Below are positions 34,443 through 44,272 of a stretch of 64,000 nucleotides of DNA, in pieces. The position numbers and the translations under genes were made by a program. The notes under the pieces are model-generated. The model was not told the origin of the DNA, searched no databases, and saw only the letters and a list, made by a program, of their open reading frames with translations. This stretch comes from an uncultured Candidatus Saccharibacteria bacterium (GTDB lineage Bacteria > Patescibacteriota > Saccharimonadia > Saccharimonadales > Saccharimonadaceae): positions 30,086 to 94,085 of the forward strand of contig CAZHGM010000001.1 in NCBI GenBank assembly GCA_964532145.1, given 5' to 3'. The stretch's first letter is position 1, and each line of letters opens with the position of its first letter.

Positions 34443-36767
34443 TTATGCTTTGTGCCGTAGTTTACTTGGCCACCACACTGCCGAGCCGATATCTTTTATC
34501 AGCGCAGGAACCAGCAGCGACCGTACGACGATCGTATCAAGTAACACACCGAACGCGACGATGAATGCTAGTTCCAGCAGAAATAGTATCGGTATAACCG
34601 CAAGTGCGGCAAATGTCGCTGCCAGCACAATACCAGCACTCGTGATTACCCCGCCCGTGACAACCAGGCCTCGTATCACTCCTTTTTGCGTACCGAAGCG
34701 CAGCGATTCTTCCCTGACCCTTGTCATGAGAAATATATTGTAATCAATCCCTAGCGCGACCAAAAACACAAATGCATACAGCACAATTGTCGGATCAACA
34801 CCAGGAAACTTCCATACATGATTAAACAGCCACGCGGCAACTCCCAGACTTGCACCAAACGATAGGACAGTTGTTACAAGCAACAGTAGCGGAGCCACGA
34901 CAGAGCGCAGCAGCAGCATGAGAATAATCGTAATTGCTACCAGAATAACAGGAATGATAATGAATCGGTCGTGCTGGGATGCCGCCAGCGTGTCTACCTG
35001 CACTGCTGTCGGACCGCCAACCATCGCCCGCATATCAACTTCTTTTATAAGATCCCTTACCCGGCTAACAGTTGTTTTGGCGGCTTGGGAGTCCGGCGCG
35101 TCAACAAGCACTGCCTGTAGTACGACTTGCTCATTGACTGATTTGATCACCGCATCTTTGAATGGATACGCTTCGTTAACAATACTATCAACACTTGGTA
35201 TCTGTGATTTTATCCCTTCTATAATCGCCGCAGCCGCATAAGGGCCGGCTTGCGCTTCCAACTCAGCAGCTTGGGCGTCAACTTCGGCGATTTTTTCATC
35301 ATAGGTCTTTTGGACTTCCTCCTGGATTTTTTGACGAATTGTCTCAGCCTGTTTGCCCAGCGGCAATGAATTACTCGATGATTGCGTGGCGATAGCCGAT
35401 ACGCCATCAATACCCGCGTCGCTATCCAACTCCCGAACGACTCGTTCGTAGTGCGGTACATCTGTTACGATGAGCAATGGGCTGCCCGAACCAGCTGGGA
35501 AATGTTTTACTAAAACGGCTTGACCATCGCGCGCTTCTGACGGACCAGTTACTAATTTACTCTGATCAACGCCGTTAGCATTAAGTTGGAAATATCCAGT
35601 CGACGCAAGCACAAGCAATACTCCGCAGGCTGTCCAAATCAAACGGGGATGGCGTGACACAAGTTGCCCGACCCAATGCCATACGCCAGTCCGGGCTTTG
35701 GCCTCGTGACGTTTGCGGCTAGCTGTGTCTGCTGCCACTTTCGCTGGCCAGAAGCTTGTGCGCCCGAGGAAGTACAATACCGCTGGCAGAAATGTAAGAG
35801 CCGAGATGATCGCCATAACGATCCCTACTGCTCCCACCGGTCCTAAGGCTTTATTTGATGCCAGATCGCTCAAGAGCAAACATAGCAACCCGACAATCAC
35901 GGTACCGCCACTTGCCGCAATCGGTTCCCATGCACCACGCAGCGCCGCATGAGTCGCCAACCATTTGGACTGCTGGTTATGTAATTCCTCGCGATAACGA
36001 GCAATGTACAACAGCGAATAATCCGTTGCAGCACCGATTACGAGGATAAATAGTATACCCTGCACTTGCCCGTTTAGCTGCACAATATCCCATTTTGCGA
36101 GATTCCATACCAGCAGAATTGCAGCTGTCAGCGCAAACATGCTTGTCATCAGCACGATAATCGGCAGCAGGATTGAACGATACACCGCTACCAGAATGAC
36201 GAAAACAACCGCCAGTGCCGTAATTAATAATACGCCGTCAATTCCCTCGAACGCTTTGGTCAGGTCGCCTGCAAATCCAGCCGGTCCGGTCAATTTGTAT
36301 GAAACAGATGGATTCTTTACTGCATCAAGCTCTGTGCGAATGCCTTTAAGTACTTCGACAACCTTATAGCTAGTATCGGTCTGAGCGACCAGCAACGCGG
36401 CCTTTTTATCGTCGGAGATAACTGCCGGCGAGACTTCACCGCTAACTCCATGCACATGCTGGATCTTGTCGCGGAGCGCATTTATCTCATCCTGTTCAGT
36501 CTGGTCAATACCGCCGTCTTTCGCAGTGAATACGATAATTGCCGGAATTGTTGTATCATCGCGGAATTTTTTAAGTTCTTCATTAACTTTGGTTGCTTCT
36601 GCACTTTTTGGCAAAAAAGCGGCGAGATCAACAGACGAAACTTCGCTGATGCGTCCAAAATACGGTCCGCCGAGCCCAGCCGCAATCAACCAAGCTATTA
36701 TCAATCCAGCCGGTATGATGATTCTCAGCCATGAGGGCACTTGCCTGTTTTGTCGGGTTCTTGCCAT
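34443..36767 (-). CDS. MMPL-family (RND superfamily) transporter
   Basis: 774 aa with two 6-TM bundles, each preceded by a large extracytoplasmic loop. AAGGAG SD and a TATAAT lie upstream. Confidence 0.88.
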   Translation of the reverse strand: MARTRQNRQVPSWLRIIIPAGLIIAWLIAAGLGGPYFGRISEVSSVDLAAFLPKSAEATKVNEELKKFRDDTTIPAIIVFTAKDGGIDQTEQDEINALRDKIQHVHGVSGEVSPAVISDDKKAALLVAQTDTSYKVVEVLKGIRTELDAVKNPSVSYKLTGPAGFAGDLTKAFEGIDGVLLITALAVVFVILVAVYRSILLPIIVLMTSMFALTAAILLVWNLAKWDIVQLNGQVQGILFILVIGAATDYSLLYIARYREELHNQQSKWLATHAALRGAWEPIAASGGTVIVGLLCLLLSDLASNKALGPVGAVGIVMAIISALTFLPAVLYFLGRTSFWPAKVAADTASRKRHEAKARTGVWHWVGQLVSRHPRLIWTACGVLLVLASTGYFQLNANGVDQSKLVTGPSEARDGQAVLVKHFPAGSGSPLLIVTDVPHYERVVRELDSDAGIDGVSAIATQSSSNSLPLGKQAETIRQKIQEEVQKTYDEKIAEVDAQAAELEAQAGPYAAAAIIEGIKSQIPSVDSIVNEAYPFKDAVIKSVNEQVVLQAVLVDAPDSQAAKTTVSRVRDLIKEVDMRAMVGGPTAVQVDTLAASQHDRFIIIPVILVAITIILMLLLRSVVAPLLLLVTTVLSFGASLGVAAWLFNHVWKFPGVDPTIVLYAFVFLVALGIDYNIFLMTRVREESLRFGTQKGVIRGLVVTGGVITSAGIVLAATFAALAVIPILFLLELAFIVAFGVLLDTIVVRSLLVPALIKDIGSAVWWPSKLRHKA

Positions 36768-36925
36768 GCTTCTCCTTCGTTTCCTCCATTATACCTATCG
36801 GCAGTGGGTTTTGCCTAGGAGGTTTTACTTAATCGTTTGGGAATTTTTGATACGTGCCCTCACTCATCAAACGCCGACATCGGTATTAGTAAAGCACTGT
36901 CCATGACATATCAGCAACAACTCCG

Positions 36926-37527
36926 TCAGGTTGTTTTGCCTTGGGCAAACATAGCTGGCAATGGTGCACCGAATCGAACTTCAGGGAGATTACCCACCGT
37001 ATCATTTTCGCCAAGATGCGGATACTGGCTTCGATAGGCTACCATGACATCCCCGTAGACTGCTTGATTCATATCAAACCCTAGTAGACTGGCTGCTGCT
37101 CGGACAGTGTTTTTCGATGGAGCTTCGATTTCGATGTACGGCTCTATCCATGGCCACTCATCCAGTACAATCTCCGCCCCCCCAGTTTCCACGTCTCTCG
37201 CCGTGATTCCTGGAAACTCACTCTGAGCCAATTATCGTCAATCGCTTTCATGAGCGCAGTTGCAGTATCAAAATTATCCACCACGATCTCAATCTCCTTT
37301 GCGCCATCGATAGACATACGGTCAAACTGTTTGTAGGTCATTGTTACCACATGCCCTTCGTCACGTACACGCGCGTATCCTTTGTGCGAGCTCATCGTCT
37401 TGTTTTCAAATATCATTCGCCGCATCAGCCGCATCGGTTGCTCACATACTGCACCGGCCTTCTTCAGATTCTTGCGGAGGGCATCGTGATCGACGTGTAG
37501 GAATTTCGCTTCAATTTCAGTTTTCAT
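36926..37527 (-). pseudogene. CYTH-domain (CyaB/triphosphate tunnel metalloenzyme-like) gene split by a frameshift in a G7 run
   Basis: ORF 37144..37527 starts MKTEIEAKFL (the ExExK motif of CYTH). ORF 36926..37231 continues GGAEIVLDEWPWIEPYIEIEAP. The frames meet at the homopolymer 37177-37183, and one extra G would fuse them. Confidence 0.75.
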
Positions 37528-37530
37528 GCT

Positions 37531-37995
37531 TCACGATTCTTGTGTATCGACATATTTAATGAGCTCTTCGATTGATTCAAACTCAGCCAGCCGCGGCGAC
37601 CAATGTGCGTTATGATCGCGTACTGTCGGAAAATCCGCTCGGCCTTCAATGATCTGTTCGCCGGGATCATGCTTGACAGGTACCCTGCCATCTTCGCCCC
37701 ATGCAACAAACGTATGGATGAACCATTCTATTTTTGAAACTGGCTGATTGACTTCGAGTAACTTCCAGTTCGTAAACTTATATCCGACTTCTTCTGCAAG
37801 CTCGCGTTTTGCCGCGTCGAGCACGCTGGCATCACTTTTATCAACCCGGCCTGCCGGTATATGATTTTTGCGGACTATACCGCCTGGCTGCTCTTCGTGG
37901 CAGGCGATGATCTCTCCCTTATCATCAACTGCAATGACTGCTATCGTGTCAGGGCGCCTCAGCATCTCGAACGTCTCCATACTTCCATCAAACAT
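37531..37995 (-). CDS. NUDIX hydrolase
   Basis: Nudix box GRVDKSDASVLDAAKRELAEEVGY. Confidence 0.85.
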   Translation of the reverse strand: MFDGSMETFEMLRRPDTIAVIAVDDKGEIIACHEEQPGGIVRKNHIPAGRVDKSDASVLDAAKRELAEEVGYKFTNWKLLEVNQPVSKIEWFIHTFVAWGEDGRVPVKHDPGEQIIEGRADFPTVRDHNAHWSPRLAEFESIEELIKYVDTQES

Positions 37996-38089
37996 TTCCT
38001 GCTGCCACTGTTACACATCGAACAATTCACCTTCAAACACTCTTGCAGCATGTTTAGGGATGAGCAGTGCGTTCTTTGGCAATGTCCGC

Positions 38090-38577
38090 TTAGTTGTCAT
38101 AGTCATATCCCAACATATTTTTGAATTGCGTCCTTCCCACATAATAATTTTTTACTGTCGTATTCGTACGCGACATCACATATACTCTTGCACCGACGGT
38201 AAGTTTATCGGGAAAACGCTCCGGCTTAAACCACTGCAGATCGATGATTTTTTCCGGCTCGCCGCTCGCAACCTCGCCGCTCCATCGCTTGCACCGAAAT
38301 ATAGTATTCAGATAATGCACCCCTGGCTCGAAATTTGACTGAAATATCGCCTGAAGCATCATGTATCCGGCACTATATGCAACCCAGTTTCTTCTAGCAC
38401 CTCCCGTACGCCACACTCATCACATGATTCGTTGTATTCCAAATGGCCAGTGGCCGATAGATCCCAATACCCGTCAAGGAATCCGGTTTTACCACGTCTC
38501 TGCAACAGTATTTCACCTCGTTCGTTCTCAATCGCGACAAATACCGCCGAGCGAAATAATGACCGCTCTTTACTCAT
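38090..38577 (-). pseudogene. NUDIX hydrolase gene split by a 1-nt frameshift
   Basis: ORF 38359..38604 carries the Nudix box GHLEYNESCDECGVREVLEETGL and stops after HIVPDT. ORF 38090..38416, in another frame, continues with a Nudix C-terminal half (HYLNTIFRCKRWSGE...LQWFKPERFP). Confidence 0.7.
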
Positions 38578-38581
38578 CTTT

Positions 38582-38827
38582 CTATTGTATGAGATTCGAA
38601 CCATTTAGCAATATTCTTGACCAAATACCGACTGGTATTGGGATGTAACAACCGCGCTTCGCATGATCAGAAAAATCTTGTTTATAGCGCACAAGCAGCG
38701 ATTCGACAATCTTCACGACCTTATCATCACTGACAGGCATTTGTTTTTTGCGCACAGTCAACTCCAATTCCTCACCCGTGTCAGCGTCGAGCGATTTGAT
38801 GATTTTCTGAGACGTCGTAATAGTCAT
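38582..38827 (-). CDS. Hypothetical small protein (81 aa)
   Basis: The ORF is packed between the SRPBCC gene and the split Nudix gene on the same strand. No domain recognised. Confidence 0.4.
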   Translation of the reverse strand: MTITTSQKIIKSLDADTGEELELTVRKKQMPVSDDKVVKIVESLLVRYKQDFSDHAKRGCYIPIPVGIWSRILLNGSNLIQ

Positions 38828-38852
38828 GTTTATATGCTGGCATTTATGATAA

Positions 38853-39251
38853 TCATTTCCGCTCTAATATCTTCTTCACATTTTCCAGCTCTTCGCGCAT
38901 CCATGTTAGTTGCTCTGCGTATTCTTCGTCACTCACGCCAGCCGTTTGCTGATTCGTCATGATCAGTTCACTGCCATTACCATTGGGCACGACCCGATAT
39001 GGGATAAATTGCTCATCGCCACTTGGCACAATGCAAATCGTATCAAGCAGCATACGCTCACGATCAAACTTCTCAATCACTTGCACATCACCTTGAGAGG
39101 TATGAAACACCCACTTGCCGTCCGCGACATGTTCGATATCTCTTGCAAAATCACTAAATTTCGGCCAGTTATTAATATCTGCCACAAACTCCCATACTTT
39201 TTGAGGTGCAGCATTAATTGAGACTGATACGGTATCAAAGTGAAACATCAT
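38853..39251 (-). CDS. SRPBCC (START/polyketide-cyclase-like) family protein
   Basis: N-terminal VSINAAPQKVWEFVADINNWPKF is typical of SRPBCC ligand-binding proteins; 132 aa. Confidence 0.7.
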   Translation of the reverse strand: MMFHFDTVSVSINAAPQKVWEFVADINNWPKFSDFARDIEHVADGKWVFHTSQGDVQVIEKFDRERMLLDTICIVPSGDEQFIPYRVVPNGNGSELIMTNQQTAGVSDEEYAEQLTWMREELENVKKILERK

Positions 39252-39886
39252 TCCAAGCCCTGCTTTCGTGAAATTTCCTTATAGTTTTCCTTTAAACTTT
39301 CGATGACTTGTCGATAGCCGGTCTTCTCGACATATTTCCAAGCCGCATCGTAGTCTGGCCATTTTTTGCAAAGCCCTCGATCGTGTCTTGTTCGCTCAGG
39401 CTCCTGCAATATATCATCAAAAATCGCCTGTAATATCGAATGAACTGGAATATGCACAAGTGATCCAAAACTGTGCTGGTCGCCAAATAACTTTTTCCAC
39501 TCATCGAGATATAGTGTCTCATAGTCTGTCTGGATATTGTCCGTAAGGAGACGGTGAATAATCTCATGAGTCAAAACTTCTATAAACCGATCCGGTTTGT
39601 ATGTCACTCCAATTACCATTGGGTCTGAAAACGCATAAAACCACGGCGCAATGTTTACATCAATGGTATTTTGGCGAAATTCGAGATCAAGCATCTCACA
39701 CGTGCCATGAATTATCTTCGACTCATAGGGCTTCCATGCTTTTTTATATACCGAGACGATACGTTCCATTTCCTCGTCATCTGCCAGCTGGTCGCCTTCT
39801 GCTGCCCATAGCTCGTGCAAATGTACCGACGCATTTTGTCGAAGCAGCCATGCATCTTTGATTCGTATCTCTGGATAATTTTTCAT
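39248..39886 (-). CDS. Hypothetical protein with HExxH motif (possible metallopeptidase-like)
   Basis: The only recognisable feature is VLTHEIIHRLL. ATG 39886 lies 4 nt after the upstream Nudix stop. The gene overlaps the SRPBCC gene by 4 nt. Confidence 0.55.
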   Translation of the reverse strand: MKNYPEIRIKDAWLLRQNASVHLHELWAAEGDQLADDEEMERIVSVYKKAWKPYESKIIHGTCEMLDLEFRQNTIDVNIAPWFYAFSDPMVIGVTYKPDRFIEVLTHEIIHRLLTDNIQTDYETLYLDEWKKLFGDQHSFGSLVHIPVHSILQAIFDDILQEPERTRHDRGLCKKWPDYDAAWKYVEKTGYRQVIESLKENYKEISRKQGLE

Positions 39887-39890
39887 AGCA

Positions 39891-40331
39891 TTAGTATACT
39901 CCCGTTTTCTGCAATCCACTCACGGCAAATTTGTACGACAACTGCGAATCAAATTTCTCCATAGCCTTTAACTCATCCAATGCAACCAGGTGGCATCGCT
40001 CATCCATAAAATCAAACGATTCAAGCTCGACGCGCGAGACAATCCACATCTGCCACATCGCAAGCTCATCCCCCATCCACATCGGTTCAGCCCCAATTAC
40101 CTCATATGTAATATTACCTTCGTAACCGAGCTCTTCTCGTAGCTCGCGTTTGATGCCTTGCTCGATCGTTTCGCCATGTTCCATGCCCCCACCCGGTAAA
40201 TGCCACGACCGGCTCGCTTCATTTGTAACGAGTAATTTGCCCTCAGGATTAAATATGACAGCTTTGAGCGAAACTCGAAAAAGATAATCAGCCCCTCGCC
40301 CGACTATGCCAGTATTTATTACTCCATGCAT
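39891..40331 (-). CDS. NUDIX hydrolase
   Basis: Nudix box GGGMEHGETIEQGIKRELREELGY. Confidence 0.85.
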   Translation of the reverse strand: MHGVINTGIVGRGADYLFRVSLKAVIFNPEGKLLVTNEASRSWHLPGGGMEHGETIEQGIKRELREELGYEGNITYEVIGAEPMWMGDELAMWQMWIVSRVELESFDFMDERCHLVALDELKAMEKFDSQLSYKFAVSGLQKTGVY

Positions 40332-40482
40332 TGGTAGCTAGTATACCTTCATTTGCCGATATACGTATCCCGTTACGGCAAAAGTTGAATCATATCGCAT
40401 GGGGAGATGAAGATTGTCTCGGTGTTATCGCTCGGGTGAAAACCAATTTCTTTTTCATACCTCATACCATGACATCTTGTCG

Positions 40483-40731
40483 CTATTTATTTTGCCAGGC
40501 TGCTTTTATCCATCCCAGAGCAAGCGTCGACAGTAAAAAACCAACCACAGGCACGAGCGCATTTAGCCATGGATCAATATGAATAACAAATGCTAGATAT
40601 GCACAAACGACAACATACGTCAGCACGGCAATCGCAATTCGACGTGTCCAGCTCGTCTCCCACGCCTTGTCAAGTTCCACCCGTTCATTACGTCTTTCGA
40701 TCGTTGCGATGCGTTTTTCGATATCCTTCAT
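40483..40731 (-). CDS. Small membrane protein (82 aa, two TM helices)
   Basis: Charged N-terminal helix followed by IAIAVLTYVVVCAYLAFVI and LVPVVGFLLSTLALGWI. It lies directly downstream of glyQS. Confidence 0.55.
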   Translation of the reverse strand: MKDIEKRIATIERRNERVELDKAWETSWTRRIAIAVLTYVVVCAYLAFVIHIDPWLNALVPVVGFLLSTLALGWIKAAWQNK

Positions 40732-40740
40732 GATGAGTTA

Positions 40741-42033
40741 TTATTTTTTGAATTCATCAACTATCATTCGTTTTTGCTCTGTAGTATCCCGATCACGGAT
40801 TGTCACGGTATTATCCTCAAGTGTTTGAAAATCAATCACGACACAATGCGGAGTGCCGATTTCGTCCTGGCGGCGGTAGCGCTTACCAATATTGCCGTTG
40901 TCGTCCCACATGACGGCGCCGTATTTTTTCTTGAGAGCACCATAGACTTCGCGGGCTTTTGTGACCAGCTCCGGTTTGTTTTTGAGCAGCGGTGACACGC
41001 AGTACTGCACCGGCGCGAGATGTTCCGGCAGCGCGAGGTAGATGCGTTTCTCGCCGTTTCGCTCGTCTTCGCGGTAAGCACTAGCCAGCACCGCCATGAC
41101 GGCGCGCTCGACGCCGAAACTTGGCTCGATGACATGAGGGACAAATCTGTCATTTGTTCCCTTCACTGTGTATTCCATGCTCTTACCGCTTGCATTCTGA
41201 ATATTCATGAGGTCGAAATCAGTGCGATAGGCTAGGCCCATCAATTCTTCGCGGCCGATCGGGTAGTCGAATTCGAAATCAATCGTGCGCTTGCTGTAAT
41301 GAGCGCGGTCGGCCTCGGGCACTTCCAGTTCATGTACTTTATCAGCTGGCAGCCCCAGCGCATCAAAGTAGCGTTTGCACTGCTCTACCCAGTGGTCAAA
41401 ACTCTCCTGCCATTTGTCAGGATGTACGAAATACTCAATCTCCATCTGCTCGAACTCGCGGCTGCGAAATACAAAATCGCGCGGTGAAATCTCGTTGCGA
41501 AACGCCTTGCCCTGCTGCGCGATGCCAAACGGCAAGTCCGGGTAGAAACTGTCGACGACATTTTTATAGTTAGTGAAGATACCCTGGGCGGTCTCGGGAC
41601 GCAGGTACGAGATCGACGACTCGTCCTCGACTGGCCCGACATTGGTACGAAACATCATGTTGAACGCGCGGGCCTTACCAAATGTACCGGTCTTGCCGCA
41701 CGCCGGACATTTGTTCGGATCGTCGAGTTTGTCGGCGCGAAAACGTCCTTTGCATTCGCCGCACTCGACAAGTGGGTCGGTAAACGTGTCGACATGACCG
41801 CTGGCCTGCCAGACTTTTTGGTTCATGAGGATCGCCGCGTCCACGCCGTACATGTCATCGCGCTCGTCAACGAACATCCGCCACCATAGGTTCATGATAT
41901 TGCGCTTGAGCTGCACGCCCAATGGACCGTAGTCCCATGTACCGCTCAGGCCCCCATAAATATCACTACCTTGATAAATAAACCCGCGACGTTTTGCCAA
42001 AGAGACAATATCTTCTAATTTTACATCATTCAT
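40741..42033 (-). CDS. glyQS: Glycine--tRNA ligase, alpha2 (GlyQS) type
   Basis: GGLSGTWDYGPLG, FRNEISPR, GLAYRTDFDL, EPSFGVERA. ATG 42033 (MNDVKLEDIV) is preferred over the track start 42156. Confidence 0.93.
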   Translation of the reverse strand: MNDVKLEDIVSLAKRRGFIYQGSDIYGGLSGTWDYGPLGVQLKRNIMNLWWRMFVDERDDMYGVDAAILMNQKVWQASGHVDTFTDPLVECGECKGRFRADKLDDPNKCPACGKTGTFGKARAFNMMFRTNVGPVEDESSISYLRPETAQGIFTNYKNVVDSFYPDLPFGIAQQGKAFRNEISPRDFVFRSREFEQMEIEYFVHPDKWQESFDHWVEQCKRYFDALGLPADKVHELEVPEADRAHYSKRTIDFEFDYPIGREELMGLAYRTDFDLMNIQNASGKSMEYTVKGTNDRFVPHVIEPSFGVERAVMAVLASAYREDERNGEKRIYLALPEHLAPVQYCVSPLLKNKPELVTKAREVYGALKKKYGAVMWDDNGNIGKRYRRQDEIGTPHCVVIDFQTLEDNTVTIRDRDTTEQKRMIVDEFKK

Positions 42034-42101
42034 ATCTGTAAAACATTGTAGCATATGTACGATATATTGATTTTTTATAATTTTTATGCTATAATTAAAT
42101 A

Positions 42102-42530
42102 ATGGCTGAACGGGACGGGAAATCGGTCGAGCGTGATCTCCAGCATGAAGTTGCACTCATGCAACTGCTGGGTGATAAAGGCATTGGCGCCGCCTCTGCT
42201 ATGTACCATGAACTTGCCATGACAAACCTCAAACCCAAAGAATCACAACATCAAGAGCTGATGTCGATCATTGCGCTCGTATTAATGAACCGTGAGAATA
42301 TCAGTTTGATTGATGAACGGCTCGAACAATTGTTTGCAGCATGCCCACAAGGCACCGTCGAGCGTTGCCAGCTCTGCTTGGATATCTCTGGTCTATATCG
42401 ATACGCCGGTGACACCGAAACTGCCGATCAGTACATCATGCTCGCAAACGACTGCGTCGGTAAACTGCCTGAAGATAACCCTGCAATGCGCGATACGATT
42501 CGCTATATTACTTCGCGACCTCATTCGTGA
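42102..42530 (+). CDS. Hypothetical protein (helical, 142 aa)
   Basis: ORF divergent from glyQS. No domain recognised. Its 3' end overlaps recO convergently. Confidence 0.45.
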   Translation: MAERDGKSVERDLQHEVALMQLLGDKGIGAASAMYHELAMTNLKPKESQHQELMSIIALVLMNRENISLIDERLEQLFAACPQGTVERCQLCLDISGLYRYAGDTETADQYIMLANDCVGKLPEDNPAMRDTIRYITSRPHS

Positions 42531-43198
42531 GCGATGCGCCCAATATCGCCTGCCGTATCGATCAACTGATCAATACCTTTGACTTGCGCAATAATATGCG
42601 GGTTTTGCGCGCTGGCGACCCGCAGGAGTTTGATATGATCACTCGTATACGGTCCTTGTTCGTTGTAGACAAACGCCATGTCATCAATATCAAACCTATA
42701 CCTGGCGTCTTGGACCAGTTTCATTCCGTGATTATCTGTCGCAAGATTGATCCCAACTCCAAGCAGAATTGCCATTTGCAGCCGATACCATAGTTCCACG
42801 ACGTTGAGCGATATATTCTTAGCGTTGAGGCTGCTAAGAGCCGTCTTAGTCAGTTCGTAAAATGCTGGTTCCGCCAATACTTCCGCAGCTTTTGAAACAT
42901 CTTTGAGTACATAATATGCAAACTGCAACCGATCATAATCCTCCAGGATATGAGCAAAAAATGTATCCAGCCTTGCAGAGATGATAAGACCTAATTCTCC
43001 CCTGCCTTGGTGTATCACAAGATCGCACACGGCCAGTAATTCGATACCGCCGGCTAGTTTGCTTTTTTCCCGGCGGACTCCTTTGGCTATAACGCCCATC
43101 CGACCGCTCTCCGGGGTCAGAATTTGCATAATACGGTCAGCCTCACCGTAATTTATACGGCTCAGAATAATTGCTTTGGTACGGAGGTTCTCACTCAA
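42521..43198 (-). CDS. recO: DNA repair protein RecO
   Basis: N-terminal OB-fold signature TKAIILSRINYGEADRIMQILTPESGRMGVIAKGVRR; 225 aa. Confidence 0.85.
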   Translation of the reverse strand: MSENLRTKAIILSRINYGEADRIMQILTPESGRMGVIAKGVRREKSKLAGGIELLAVCDLVIHQGRGELGLIISARLDTFFAHILEDYDRLQFAYYVLKDVSKAAEVLAEPAFYELTKTALSSLNAKNISLNVVELWYRLQMAILLGVGINLATDNHGMKLVQDARYRFDIDDMAFVYNEQGPYTSDHIKLLRVASAQNPHIIAQVKGIDQLIDTAGDIGRIAHE

Positions 43199-43550
43199 CG
43201 GCTTGCTCCACTGCTTCGCGCAGTAATTTTGGTGTCAGCGTGGCTTTATTGAGCACCGCGACAACGCCGTAGGACGCAACGTCAGCTAGTGTAATCCGCT
43301 GAGCAAGCGATGTACACAACACAACTGGTATATGGGCCGTATCATCATAGGTCTGCAGCTCATGCAGTAGATCAAACACCAGCCCACGCTCGATCATGAC
43401 ATCAGCAATAATAAGTTCGTAGTCGTTACTATCAAGCATATCAAGCGCTTCTTGGGCAGATACCGTCATATCAGTTTCATAGTCATCCAAAACATCCATA
43501 TAGCTGTCTGCCAGCCATCTGTCATCCTCGATGAGAAGTATTTTGATCAT
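43191..43550 (-). CDS. Stand-alone receiver-domain response regulator
   Basis: IKILLIEDD and LIIADVMI; 119 aa with no output domain. It overlaps the upstream kinase by 4 nt. Confidence 0.85.
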   Translation of the reverse strand: MIKILLIEDDRWLADSYMDVLDDYETDMTVSAQEALDMLDSNDYELIIADVMIERGLVFDLLHELQTYDDTAHIPVVLCTSLAQRITLADVASYGVVAVLNKATLTPKLLREAVEQAVE

Positions 43551-44254
43551 AGCGCAAGTAACGATAATTGTTGCGACGCAGGAAGTAGCAGCGAAAAAGT
43601 GACACCCTCATCGTGATGCCGACGCAGATGCAAGCGACCACTCATATGCTCGGCAAATTGTTCCGCAATCATGAGTCCCAGTCCGCTGCTGCGTGGCCGT
43701 CCACTTAGCGGCAAGGGCGTCTTACCGACATGACGCCGAAAACGTGCCAGATTGTTCGTCAAAGGGCCGTAGTCCCTCACCCCTGTCATGATCAAATCTC
43801 CTTGTCGCCTAGACCGCAGTTCTATCGGTCTGCCCGGCTTATTATGTGCCAGAGCGTTATCACATAGTCCGAGAATAACTGTTCTAAGTAGCGAATAATT
43901 CGCAATCGCGACGGGATTTGATTTGGTGGAATGAATTTCAATTGTTTGGTTGAGGGCGGTTGAAAGTGGGAATAACTCGTGGGCAACATCTTCGAGCAAC
44001 GATACCATATGTATAGGCTCACACGAAAATAGCGTGTCTTCGAGACGGGCAACCTGCGTCAGGCTATCGACAAGGTTAAGGCTACGTTCAGCCGTTAAGC
44101 GAATTCGCTGAGCTGCTTTCTCGTCTTCCAGCTGAAACGATAATTGCCTGATTAGTACCAGTGGGGACTTCAATTCGTGAGCAGCCGCTAGCAATGACGG
44201 AATCTGCTGCCACATATCCGTCTCAGTCCCACCTGCAGACTGAAGTTTCCCCAT
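43547..44254 (-). CDS. Soluble minimal histidine kinase (HisKA plus HATPase_c only)
   Basis: H-box AAAHELKSPL; G-box SSGLGLMIAEQ. No TM or sensor domain. Confidence 0.85.
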   Translation of the reverse strand: MGKLQSAGGTETDMWQQIPSLLAAAHELKSPLVLIRQLSFQLEDEKAAQRIRLTAERSLNLVDSLTQVARLEDTLFSCEPIHMVSLLEDVAHELFPLSTALNQTIEIHSTKSNPVAIANYSLLRTVILGLCDNALAHNKPGRPIELRSRRQGDLIMTGVRDYGPLTNNLARFRRHVGKTPLPLSGRPRSSGLGLMIAEQFAEHMSGRLHLRRHHDEGVTFSLLLPASQQLSLLAL

Positions 44255-44272
44255 GTATCTAGTGTACCAAAT

